A stretch of 39,098 nt of DNA from Lentisphaeria bacterium (GCA_019408975.1 DXVA01000005.1:1-39098); one strand, 5' to 3'; positions 18,190 to 25,585 are shown, numbered from the stretch's first letter. Translations and numbers: made by a program. The notes: a model not told the origin generated them from the sequence alone.

Positions 18190-19257
18190 TCATAAAGGAA
18201 ATTTTTCCTGATCCAGCATGTTCAGAATACCACGAGCGAGAATCCGGTGTCCGTAGTCATTCGGATGATTTACACCGTTTCCGGTGAGGTCAAAAAAACT
18301 CTTTCGCTCCAAAAACGCACACCAAAGTCCCGTGAGATCAACTAACGCGGTATCGTGCGGACACTTTCTGACAAACTGCCGTAAAGCTGCGGCAAAACAC
18401 TGCGTCTGCTCCGGTGGAGTGAAACTCCATTGCGGATTTCCACTCATGGGAGCAACCAGCAGATATTCCGTCATCGGCGAAACCTTTCGATTAAGCCGAA
18501 TGATCTCCGCAATATTGTTCAAATACAGTTTAACTCCCCCTGGTTCTGCCAGATCGTTCATGCCGAAAGCAATAACCAATAGATCAGGTTTGTCTTCCAG
18601 AAACATTGCAGGATGTTTCAGCGGATAACTGCTGGTAGCTCCATTGAGGCTGTAATTGTGGAAGTCAACAAGGAGCTGCTGTTGTTTCCTCAGTGTATCG
18701 ACGACCAATTCGGCAAAAGGAGGTTGAAAAGGAGGCTTTTTCAAATACCCGGAAGCGTTGTATCCTTCGGATATACTGTCTCCCAGCCAACTGATTCGGC
18801 AATGCGAACCGGGAGTATGCATCAACGCTTTGAATCGTAGCAACCGTTCATCCTGCGGGCACAGACGAAATTGAAAATTGAGCTCCGATGCCTGATAGTC
18901 AATCTCCATCTGCATCCGAGCAAAGAAATTTCCGGCATCAAAACGGATATTGCACCCATTGATGCCACCCCGAACGGCGTTGGCATCAGAGTGCGGATAA
19001 TAGCGGCAGTTTTCATCCGCTGGGTACAAAACGGTTTCATCCAGCATCGGAATGTTTGATCCTTTTGGACGGATTAATACATCACTGCCGGCAGGATGAA
19101 TCCAATCTCTGCCTTCAAGGTATTCCGTATCCAATGCGGAACAATATACGCGCCAGACGTTTTCCGCAGGAAACATCAGCCGGGCAGTATTTGTTTCGGC
19201 AAACATGCAACTTTCCCCAAAAACCTCACGGGACATCAAATTCCATAAAACTGCCAT
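18190..19257 (-). CDS. SGNH/GDSL-family hydrolase (carbohydrate esterase-like)
   Basis: Block I is WLGDSISEGY, block III is FGMNDL, and block V is NHPNDYGH. It is packed between rhaA (1-nt gap) and GH78 (3-nt gap). Confidence 0.8.
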   Translation of the reverse strand: MAVLWNLMSREVFGESCMFAETNTARLMFPAENVWRVYCSALDTEYLEGRDWIHPAGSDVLIRPKGSNIPMLDETVLYPADENCRYYPHSDANAVRGGINGCNIRFDAGNFFARMQMEIDYQASELNFQFRLCPQDERLLRFKALMHTPGSHCRISWLGDSISEGYNASGYLKKPPFQPPFAELVVDTLRKQQQLLVDFHNYSLNGATSSYPLKHPAMFLEDKPDLLVIAFGMNDLAEPGGVKLYLNNIAEIIRLNRKVSPMTEYLLVAPMSGNPQWSFTPPEQTQCFAAALRQFVRKCPHDTALVDLTGLWCAFLERKSFFDLTGNGVNHPNDYGHRILARGILNMLDQEKFPL

Positions 19258-19258
19258 C

Positions 19259-20521
19259 TTACCCCCTGCAACTCAAAACGCGGTTTTCATAACAGCGGAT
19301 CGGTTCCAAAATATGGTTATCGGACAGTACGCCGCGTGATTCGCAGTAATAATTCCAAACCGCACCCCACGGCAGAGTCTTCAGCATTTCCTGACCGGCA
19401 AGCCTTGCCGTAAAATCTCCGTTCCGCTCAGCATCGCAAATATCAGCGGAAGGTTCCAGCATGGCAATAAGCATGGCCTTCATCCAGTTTCTGGCACCGA
19501 TCACCCATGCGGCAAGCCGATTGACACTGGCGTCAAAATAATCAAGCATAAAGAAAAGATTGCTGCCGTCCCCACAACGGACTGATTCCCGCGCCAGTTC
19601 TTTCAGAGAATCATCCAGTATGATGATATGATCGCTGTCCCAGCGCACACCGCGGCTGATATGCAGCAGAATGCGTCCCTGCTGGCAGGTAATTGCAGAA
19701 AGCTTGTCTGCAATAGACTCCGTCGGATGAAAATGCCCGGTGTCTAGGCAGATTAATTTATTGTGCTTGAAAGCATATGGCAAATAGAAATCATGGGAGC
19801 CGACGGTATAGGATTCGACACCGATTCCGAAAAGCTTGGATTCAACAGCATCCAACAGTTCTGTTTGCGGGAAGATCTCCCGGAAAGTCTCATCCAATGA
19901 TTCCAAAAGAAGCCGGCGCGGTTCCAGTCTATCTGCGGGACTGTCTTTAAATCCATCAGGAACCCAAATATTACAGATGGCTGGAGTTCCAAGCCTCCTG
20001 CCAAATGCGGCACCAATCCGACGGATTGCCTTGCCGTGTTCAATCCAGAATTGGCGAATCTGTTTTTTCGGATGCGACAGAGAAAGCCCATGTTTCAAAT
20101 TTGGATGGGAATAATAGGCAGGAGCAATATCCAGTCCAAGCCGCTTTGCCTCCGCCCAATCCAGCCATTCCGCAAAGTTTTCCTCGTTGAAACTGTCACG
20201 ATCCTGACCAGGAGAAATCTTGTCGACCTCATGTCCCTGAAGTCCAACCCGAAGTTTTCGACTAGGAAGCAGTGTCAGTACCTGTTCCAGATCATCACGT
20301 AATTCCTGAGAATTCCTGGCACATCCGGGGTAATTCCCTGTAACTTGGCAGCCGCCAGTCAAGGCATGTCCAAACCTCTCAAAGCCTTTGACATCATCTC
20401 CCTGCCAAGCGTGAATGCTCAAAGGAATTTTCTCCAGACGACTCATGACAGATTCAGGATCAACCCCATATTTTAGATAAATTTCCTTTGCTGCCACATA
20501 AGCTTTTTCAATTTGATTCAT
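19259..20521 (-). CDS. rhaA: L-rhamnose isomerase
   Basis: 420 aa, collinear with E. coli RhaA as I recall it. Shared strings include HAWQGDDVKGFE, TGNYPGCARN, DAVESKLFGIGVESYTVGS, LDTGHFHPTE, VRWDSDHII, DYFDASVNRLAAWVIGARN and the C-terminal ...LSCRG. Confidence 0.95.
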   Translation of the reverse strand: MNQIEKAYVAAKEIYLKYGVDPESVMSRLEKIPLSIHAWQGDDVKGFERFGHALTGGCQVTGNYPGCARNSQELRDDLEQVLTLLPSRKLRVGLQGHEVDKISPGQDRDSFNEENFAEWLDWAEAKRLGLDIAPAYYSHPNLKHGLSLSHPKKQIRQFWIEHGKAIRRIGAAFGRRLGTPAICNIWVPDGFKDSPADRLEPRRLLLESLDETFREIFPQTELLDAVESKLFGIGVESYTVGSHDFYLPYAFKHNKLICLDTGHFHPTESIADKLSAITCQQGRILLHISRGVRWDSDHIIILDDSLKELARESVRCGDGSNLFFMLDYFDASVNRLAAWVIGARNWMKAMLIAMLEPSADICDAERNGDFTARLAGQEMLKTLPWGAVWNYYCESRGVLSDNHILEPIRCYENRVLSCRG

Positions 20522-20580
20522 TCTCTTTCATGCCTTTCTTACGATAAAAATTTTACTATGCTGGAATATAATGGATGAAA

Positions 20581-20592
20581 GACAGAAGAAAA
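20581..20592 (-). promoter_or_regulatory. Candidate operator/promoter element GACAGAAGAAAA (copy 2)
   Basis: This 12-mer is identical to 14719-14730 and lies about 60 bp upstream of the rhaA start. It is preceded by ATGCTGGAATA (20558-20568), identical to 14769-14779. Confidence 0.35.
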
Positions 20593-20796
20593 TGCTTGAA
20601 AATTGATATTTGATGAACGTTTGTAATATCTATGATTGGTTTCGTTTGAAAAATTGACCATTGGATAACTCATGTGTGTATCAGAATAAAACATCATAAA
20701 ATCCTCTTCTCCAATGTAATCCATTCCAATTTCACGTATATATAACCCCGTGACAGCAGGCTGAAGAGATCGGTCTGAATTTTATCAAACGGCTTT

Positions 20797-20816
20797 TCCG
20801 ATCCTTCGGGATCGGA
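20797..20816. promoter_or_regulatory. Perfect 8-4-8 palindrome TCCGATCC-TTCG-GGATCGGA in the leader of the mobile-element operon
   Basis: Read directly from the sequence. It lies 37 bp upstream of the clamp-like gene start. No adjacent T-run follows, so it is not a canonical terminator. It could be an operator or an RNA hairpin with a UUCG loop. Confidence 0.35.
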
Positions 20817-20852
20817 GGGGCTTGTTATTTTTCAACATCACGGAGGTTGTGT

Positions 20853-22211
20853 ATGAAACTTGAAGTGAACAGAAATGAGTTGGCTGGCGCTTTGATCGCG
20901 CTGGGGAAACTGGTTTGCCGGACAGCGGCGGAAGCGGAATTCAAAGCACTGCGGATTGAGGCGGGAGAGAATCGAGTCCGCTTCTCGACCTGCTCGCAGT
21001 CGGAGCAGATCACGTTCAAAACGGAGTGCCGGTCGGAGGGCGCATTTCACTGCATCGTGGGATTCGATGAGTTCCGGGACGCGGTGCGCAGCGGCAGGAA
21101 CAAGACGCTTGAGATCGAAGACGACGAAGGAACTCTGCGAGTCGGGGAAAGAACTTTGTTTCCGATGTCCGGCGTGGAATGGCGGGTTCCCGGTAAGGTT
21201 GAACATTGCTCTGTCAGCGAGCTGCCCAAAAACTTTGTCTCTCTGCTGTCGGAGGCGGCACAGCTCGTAGACAGAAACGAGCCGAGAAGGATCATGCGGG
21301 GGATCAACCTCAGCCGGGAGGGGATCACCACGACCAACGGCAGGGAACTACTGAACATCTACATTCCGCTGAATGTGGATGACTTCACGATACCACTTCC
21401 GCTGGCTCTGATGCAGACCAAGACAACGGAATCCGGCAAGCTCTATACGTGGAGTGATAACCTCGGCAAAAGCTGTCGTATCGACACGGAACACTGGACG
21501 TGGTATGCAAAAGGTTTGCTCGGCAACTATCCGAACTGGAAACAGATCATCCCGGCGCAGAATACGCTGGTTCGCTCGGTATCGTTCCTGCCGGAACGTG
21601 GTCAGCAACTTGAAATTTTCCTCAAGAACGTCCCCGATCAGCCGCCACACAATGCCGTGGAGCTGTATCAGAGCGATCCGGGATATTTGAACGTTCTCGC
21701 GGGAGAGATGCACACCAGCATAGCCGCCGAGTTTACGGGCGACTGGAACGATGTTTCGCTCATGCTCAACAAGCACATGCTTCTTCGTCTGTTGTCGGAG
21801 GGGCATACGAAAATTGAGATGGCAGACAACCATATCCCGATTCTCGCAAGTGGAGGCACGGGACGCTATATCACGATGCCGCTGTATCAGCCGAAATCCA
21901 AAATAACAACTCAAAATCAAACTCAAAATCAACCCCAAACGGAGGAATCCAAAATGGAAACAAACGAAATGAGAGTCGTGTCTGTCCCTGTGCAGACTGC
22001 CGCCCCGAAACAGGAAATCGAAGCCAACCCGATGGAAGAACTGAACAGTGCTATTGAATCGTTCCGCCTGAAACTGCGGATTGCATGGGATGAATCGAAT
22101 CTTCTGAGCCGCAAAGTCAAGGAAGTTCAGCTTGCCCAGAAGCAGAAAGAACGGGACTTCATTCAGGCGAAACGTGCCATCGAGCGTATCCGCATGGTCA
22201 GTGGATTCTGA
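20853..22211 (+). CDS. DNA polymerase III beta sliding-clamp homologue (DnaN-like) with C-terminal low-complexity linker and coiled-coil tail
   Basis: GGAGG lies 6 nt before ATG 20853. MKLEVNRNELAGAL... has the DnaN N-terminal pattern. GNYPNWKQIIPA matches the clamp (F/Y)P.Y...IP motif, and GGTGRYITMPL matches the clamp C-terminal ..Y.(I/V)MP(M/L) motif. About 90 extra C-terminal residues are Q/N-rich and then heptad-like. Confidence 0.7.
   Translation: MKLEVNRNELAGALIALGKLVCRTAAEAEFKALRIEAGENRVRFSTCSQSEQITFKTECRSEGAFHCIVGFDEFRDAVRSGRNKTLEIEDDEGTLRVGERTLFPMSGVEWRVPGKVEHCSVSELPKNFVSLLSEAAQLVDRNEPRRIMRGINLSREGITTTNGRELLNIYIPLNVDDFTIPLPLALMQTKTTESGKLYTWSDNLGKSCRIDTEHWTWYAKGLLGNYPNWKQIIPAQNTLVRSVSFLPERGQQLEIFLKNVPDQPPHNAVELYQSDPGYLNVLAGEMHTSIAAEFTGDWNDVSLMLNKHMLLRLLSEGHTKIEMADNHIPILASGGTGRYITMPLYQPKSKITTQNQTQNQPQTEESKMETNEMRVVSVPVQTAAPKQEIEANPMEELNSAIESFRLKLRIAWDESNLLSRKVKEVQLAQKQKERDFIQAKRAIERIRMVSGF
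21909..21932 (+). repeat. 2 x 12-bp tandem repeat ACTCAAAATCAA inside the clamp-like gene (encodes TQNQTQNQ)
   Basis: Read directly from the sequence. It forms the low-complexity linker. Confidence 0.9.
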
Positions 22212-22234
22212 TTCAAAAAAACAAACAGAAACAT

Positions 22235-22278
22235 GGGTCTCCGGCAGGTGTTGAACCTGTCCGGAGACTCAATTTTTT
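22235..22278 (+). terminator. Intra-operon rho-independent terminator/attenuator after the clamp-like gene
   Basis: GGGTCTCCGGCAGG, a 7-nt loop, then CCTGTCCGGAGACTC with one bulge, followed by AATTTTTT. The next gene's RBS (CAGGAG) follows immediately. Confidence 0.6.
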
Positions 22279-22291
22279 CAGGAGATTTATC

Positions 22292-22738
22292 ATGTTGAAA
22301 TTGAATGCATCTTACAGTAAGAAAGTTCCGGCGGACACGGAGTATTCCAGCCAGAGCTACCACGCCTCCATTGAGGTGGAAATCCCGGACGGTCTGACAG
22401 CGGAACAGCTTCAGAGCCGCATCCATGAGACCTTTGATCTTGTGCGGAACAGCGTCGAAACGGAACTGCATGGCGGTAATTGTACGACTGTACAGCAAAG
22501 ACCGCAATCCCCGCAGAGTTATTCCGGAGGCAAGGGCAGTTACGGCAAGGGGAAAGGCAGTCAGAGTCCCGATGGTCCCGCGTCTCCGAAACAGATCAAA
22601 TATCTGCTTGACCTCGCAAGGGACGCCCGTGTCACGCCTCAGCAGATCGCGGCAAGGTTCCGGGTGAATACCGTAGAGGAGCTGTCGCGCAATCAGTGCA
22701 GTCTGGCGATCAACGAGTTCAACGGAAAGGCGGCGTGA
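22292..22738 (+). CDS. Hypothetical protein (148 aa) with Gly/Ser/Lys-rich linker and helical C-terminal ASPKQIKYLLDLA module
   Basis: An AGGAG-like RBS lies upstream. The stop is 1 nt before the start of the next gene (TGAAATG). I cannot assign a family. The S/T-x-KQI-x-YL motif recurs in phage/plasmid DNA-metabolism accessory proteins as far as I recall. Confidence 0.6.
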   Translation: MLKLNASYSKKVPADTEYSSQSYHASIEVEIPDGLTAEQLQSRIHETFDLVRNSVETELHGGNCTTVQQRPQSPQSYSGGKGSYGKGKGSQSPDGPASPKQIKYLLDLARDARVTPQQIAARFRVNTVEELSRNQCSLAINEFNGKAA

Positions 22739-22739
22739 A

Positions 22740-23525
22740 ATGAATCTGAATGAGTTGCGCAAAGAACCGCACTGGTCGTATTCGGCGTTCCATTGCTACC
22801 TGACATGCCCGCTGAAATTCAAGTTCCAGTATGTCGAACATGTAGAGCCGGAGCACACGTGCAGTTGCTTTCCGTTCGGGCGTGCCTTCCATGCGGCGTT
22901 GAGTCAGCGTGCAAGGAGTGGTCCGCAGATGAAGATTGCAGATGTCAAGGAGCTGTTCGAGGCGTATTTCAAGGCGGAAATCAATGCCGTGGAGCATCTC
23001 GTCTACAAGCCGAAAGAGGATTACGGGTCTCTGCTGCAAACGGGATTTGACATGCTCACTGTCTGCCTCGAAAACTGGCAGGATGACTTTGCGGTCAGGA
23101 GCGTGGAGGAAGGGTTTTCCGTGGAGATTCCGGGGCTGTCGAAGCCGCTGATCGGGGAGTATGACATGCTTGTGGAGGACGGCGGTCATGAGTGCATTGT
23201 CGATTGGAAAACAGCAAGCGCGAAATGGTCTCCGGGCAAGGCGCATCAGGACTTGCAGGCAACAGTATTTTGTTACGCCCGTACAAAACAGACCGGCAGG
23301 AGTCCGCTGTTCCGGTTCGATATCGTGACGAAGACCAGAACGCCATGTGTGGAGTCGCACTATACCGAGCGCAGAGAGCAGGACTTTCAACGCTTTGAAC
23401 TGCTGGCGCAGACCATTGAATCGGCGATGCAGAGGGATGTGTTCTATCCGAACGAGACCTGCTTCTCGTGTTCCGACTGCCAGTTCAAAACCAAGTGCCG
23501 TTTGTGGCACGTAAGAAAGGGGTGA
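22740..23525 (+). CDS. PD-(D/E)XK nuclease, Cas4/RecB-exonuclease-like with Fe-S cysteine cluster
   Basis: One N-terminal Cys (YLTCPLKF) plus the C-terminal CSDCQFKTKC (CxxCx5C) gives the Cas4/AddB-type four-Cys arrangement. The core is GEYDMLVEDGGHECIVDWKT, matching D...(D/E)xK. Confidence 0.8.
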   Translation: MNLNELRKEPHWSYSAFHCYLTCPLKFKFQYVEHVEPEHTCSCFPFGRAFHAALSQRARSGPQMKIADVKELFEAYFKAEINAVEHLVYKPKEDYGSLLQTGFDMLTVCLENWQDDFAVRSVEEGFSVEIPGLSKPLIGEYDMLVEDGGHECIVDWKTASAKWSPGKAHQDLQATVFCYARTKQTGRSPLFRFDIVTKTRTPCVESHYTERREQDFQRFELLAQTIESAMQRDVFYPNETCFSCSDCQFKTKCRLWHVRKG

Positions 23526-23529
23526 GACG

Positions 23530-24267
23530 ATGAGCAATCTTTGCATGGGCGGCGGTGGTCACTACGCCACACGGGAAGAAGTGGCACTGGTTCCAACGCC
23601 GGAAGCAACTTCGAGCTGGAAGCCGGTTCCACATTATGAGGTCATTGAGGCGGTAACGGAGGTGGTGCAGGCGCATCAGTGGGTGATTCTGGAAGAACAG
23701 TTCGGCTTGGCACGTGAGGGTGCGAAGCTGTTCGGCGTGATGAAGATCAACAGGAGTTCTTCGCTGGAATGGTGCCGCTGCATCGGCATCCGCAATTCCC
23801 ACGACAAGAGTTTTTCCGTGGGGTTGACAGCCGGGATTACGGTCATCTGCTGCTCGAATATGGCATTCGGCGGAAGCATGGTTCTGAAGCGCCGCCATAC
23901 CTCGCGGATTGAGCTGTGCGATCTGGTTGACAAAGCCGTCGATGAACTCGAAAATGAGTTCCTGATACTGGAGAATGTAGCAGAGGATCTGAAAGTGGCG
24001 TATCTGGACAATGACGACGAAGCCAGAAGCCGAATCGTCAGAGCCGCAGAACTCGGTGCAATCAACAGCTCGGATATTGTACCGGTGTACAAAGAATTCA
24101 AGACTCCCTCTCACGAGGAGTTCCTGGAGCCGACAAGATGGAGCCTGCTGAATGCGTTCACGGAGACGGTCAAGAAATACACCCCGCAACGGGTGGACGT
24201 CTCCTATGCCGCATTGAACCGCTGCTTCGGGCTGGACGGAAGAATACCGTTGTTATGGGAAAAGTAA
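23530..24267 (+). CDS. DUF932 domain protein (phage/plasmid-associated)
   Basis: IGIRNSHDKSFSVGLTAGITVICCSNMAFGGSMVLKRRHT matches the conserved RNSHD...C.N....G...(R/K)H core of DUF932 as I recall it. Confidence 0.7.
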   Translation: MSNLCMGGGGHYATREEVALVPTPEATSSWKPVPHYEVIEAVTEVVQAHQWVILEEQFGLAREGAKLFGVMKINRSSSLEWCRCIGIRNSHDKSFSVGLTAGITVICCSNMAFGGSMVLKRRHTSRIELCDLVDKAVDELENEFLILENVAEDLKVAYLDNDDEARSRIVRAAELGAINSSDIVPVYKEFKTPSHEEFLEPTRWSLLNAFTETVKKYTPQRVDVSYAALNRCFGLDGRIPLLWEK

Positions 24268-24382
24268 TCGCGGGTATTCACCCCATGGTACGCCCTCTGC
24301 CGGAAGTGGTGCAAACGGCAGAGTATTCATGCACTCCGGCGGCTTCGGTCGCCGGTTTTCTATTCAAAACAGAAAGGAAAAA

Positions 24383-24697
24383 ATGATGGTGAAAATCTTT
24401 TGTCCGCACTGTTCCACCCCTGCCAATCCCGTACATTGCGCCCGCAATTTCGGAACCGCAGTCGGAATTGTTGCGGGAGGAACAAGTGTAGTTTCCGGTA
24501 TGATTCAGGGAGCCTGTGTCGGAAGCACTTTCGGTCCGGCAGGAATTGCAATCGGAGCTGCTGCAGGATCGCTTTTGCGTATTCTCTTCGGAGTTTCTTC
24601 CGGAGGTCTGCTCGGAGCGCAGGTCGGAAGACTGATCGACGAGAACCTGATCGGATTCTATCGCTGTCCGAAATGTCATGCAATTTTCAAGGCATAG
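24383..24697 (+). CDS. Small membrane protein: split zinc ribbon (CPHC...CPKC) enclosing a glycine-zipper hydrophobic segment
   Basis: 104 aa with the RBS AAGGAAAAA before ATG 24383. CxxC sits at residues 7-10 and 94-97. Between them lies GTAVGIVAGGTSVVSGMIQGACVGSTFGPAGIAIGAAAGSLL...GGLLGAQVG, which contains repeated GxxxG/A. Confidence 0.6.
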   Translation: MMVKIFCPHCSTPANPVHCARNFGTAVGIVAGGTSVVSGMIQGACVGSTFGPAGIAIGAAAGSLLRILFGVSSGGLLGAQVGRLIDENLIGFYRCPKCHAIFKA

Positions 24698-24705
24698 GAG
24701 AAACT

Positions 24706-24855
24706 ATGATGGATGAAATTCATTGTCCGGACTGCGGTTCTATTCGCTGTATTCCATGGGATGACGGATGGCTCTGCCGTTGTTGCGGCACGGAGTTTGA
24801 TGTGCCGGAACCTGAAGAAGATTTTTCGGAATCAGAAACGAATATGAAAGATTAG
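24706..24855 (+). CDS. Small zinc-ribbon protein with acidic tail (49 aa)
   Basis: AGGAG lies 6 nt before ATG 24706. The ribbon is CPDCGS...CRCCG, followed by the tail EPEEDFSESE. The gene is followed by a strong terminator. Confidence 0.55.
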   Translation: MMDEIHCPDCGSIRCIPWDDGWLCRCCGTEFDVPEPEEDFSESETNMKD

Positions 24856-24865
24856 AATTACACTC

Positions 24866-24900
24866 AAAAAGTATCCGGAGATTGCCCGGATACTTTTTTT
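24866..24900. terminator. Bidirectional rho-independent terminator
   Basis: AAAAAGTATCCGG, a 7-nt loop, then CCGGATACTTTTTTT. It sits between convergent gene ends at 24855 and 24917. Confidence 0.85.
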
Positions 24901-24916
24901 ATCTGACGCCATCCAT

Positions 24917-25585
24917 TCAAATCAAATGGTCTTCCCTGAAAATAGATTTATGGAACGGTAGTTCCGTAAGTTTGATCAGCTTCCGGAATTGTTCCCCGGT
25001 GCGTATCCGGTCTTTTAATTTCGTGAGGATATTGAGACGGCGCCAATCTTCTTCGCTGAACAGATCAAGACAGGGACATTCCGACAGCAGTTCGGCAGAG
25101 CTGTGAAGGAGGCTCCACCACATCGGTTTCGTAAACTTCTCCTTGAAAGGACATTGGAACCAATGGCGCGGATTATGCTTGATGATCCAGAACCAGTCGC
25201 CAAGAGTGAAATCATGCGTGTCGATATCCCTTTCGTGACACCAGTCGCTTGCCAGCAATCCGCTTCTTACAGCCGGGTGATTCGGGATCTCACAGTAATG
25301 AAGCAAAGTCGGCTGGTGCCGTAACAGGCGTTGCCACTGATACGGGGTGAAATCCTGCCAGCAGGGACATCGCCATGCAAGCGGAAGTTGTCCGGATAAG
25401 GCTGTCACCCAGTCGTCCGGGGTGAACTCGGAAAACGGGCAGAGCTCCTGCAGTTCCGGATGCCGTGAAATAATACGTGCCCATTGTTTCGGTGACAAAG
25501 GAGCGGATACGGATTCTGTTTCTGCTGCAAAGGCGGCACAGTTCCATTCAAGATCAAGGAATGTGTTCAGTTCTGTTTCGGTCAT
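24917..25585 (-). CDS. Hypothetical Trp/Cys-rich tandem-repeat protein (~222 aa)
   Basis: About 6-7 repeats of roughly 25 aa with the pattern F(T/S)xxxWxxLLxxxPxLxxxCP, for example FTPDDWVTALSGQLPLAWRCP, FTPYQWQRLLRHQPTLLHYCE, FTLGDWFWIIKHNPRHWFQCP and FTKPMWWSLLHSSAELLSECP. The start is either 25585 (MTETE) or 25597. Confidence 0.6.
   Translation of the reverse strand: MTETELNTFLDLEWNCAAFAAETESVSAPLSPKQWARIISRHPELQELCPFSEFTPDDWVTALSGQLPLAWRCPCWQDFTPYQWQRLLRHQPTLLHYCEIPNHPAVRSGLLASDWCHERDIDTHDFTLGDWFWIIKHNPRHWFQCPFKEKFTKPMWWSLLHSSAELLSECPCLDLFSEEDWRRLNILTKLKDRIRTGEQFRKLIKLTELPFHKSIFREDHLI

Noticed and set aside
20539-20724. 61-aa minus-strand ORF in the AT-rich spacer between rhaA and the clamp-like gene
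   Set aside because: It has no RBS and an aromatic/Asn-rich composition typical of random AT-rich ORFs. The region is better explained as promoter or junction DNA, and it contains the shared regulatory motifs.
22719-24189. Minus-strand ORFs of 275 and 234 aa, along with 21348-21938, opposite the nuclease, DUF932 and clamp genes
   Set aside because: These are antisense shadows. The plus-strand genes have RBSs, coupled stop/start junctions and family motifs, and the minus-strand products are Arg/Leu/Pro-rich with no features.
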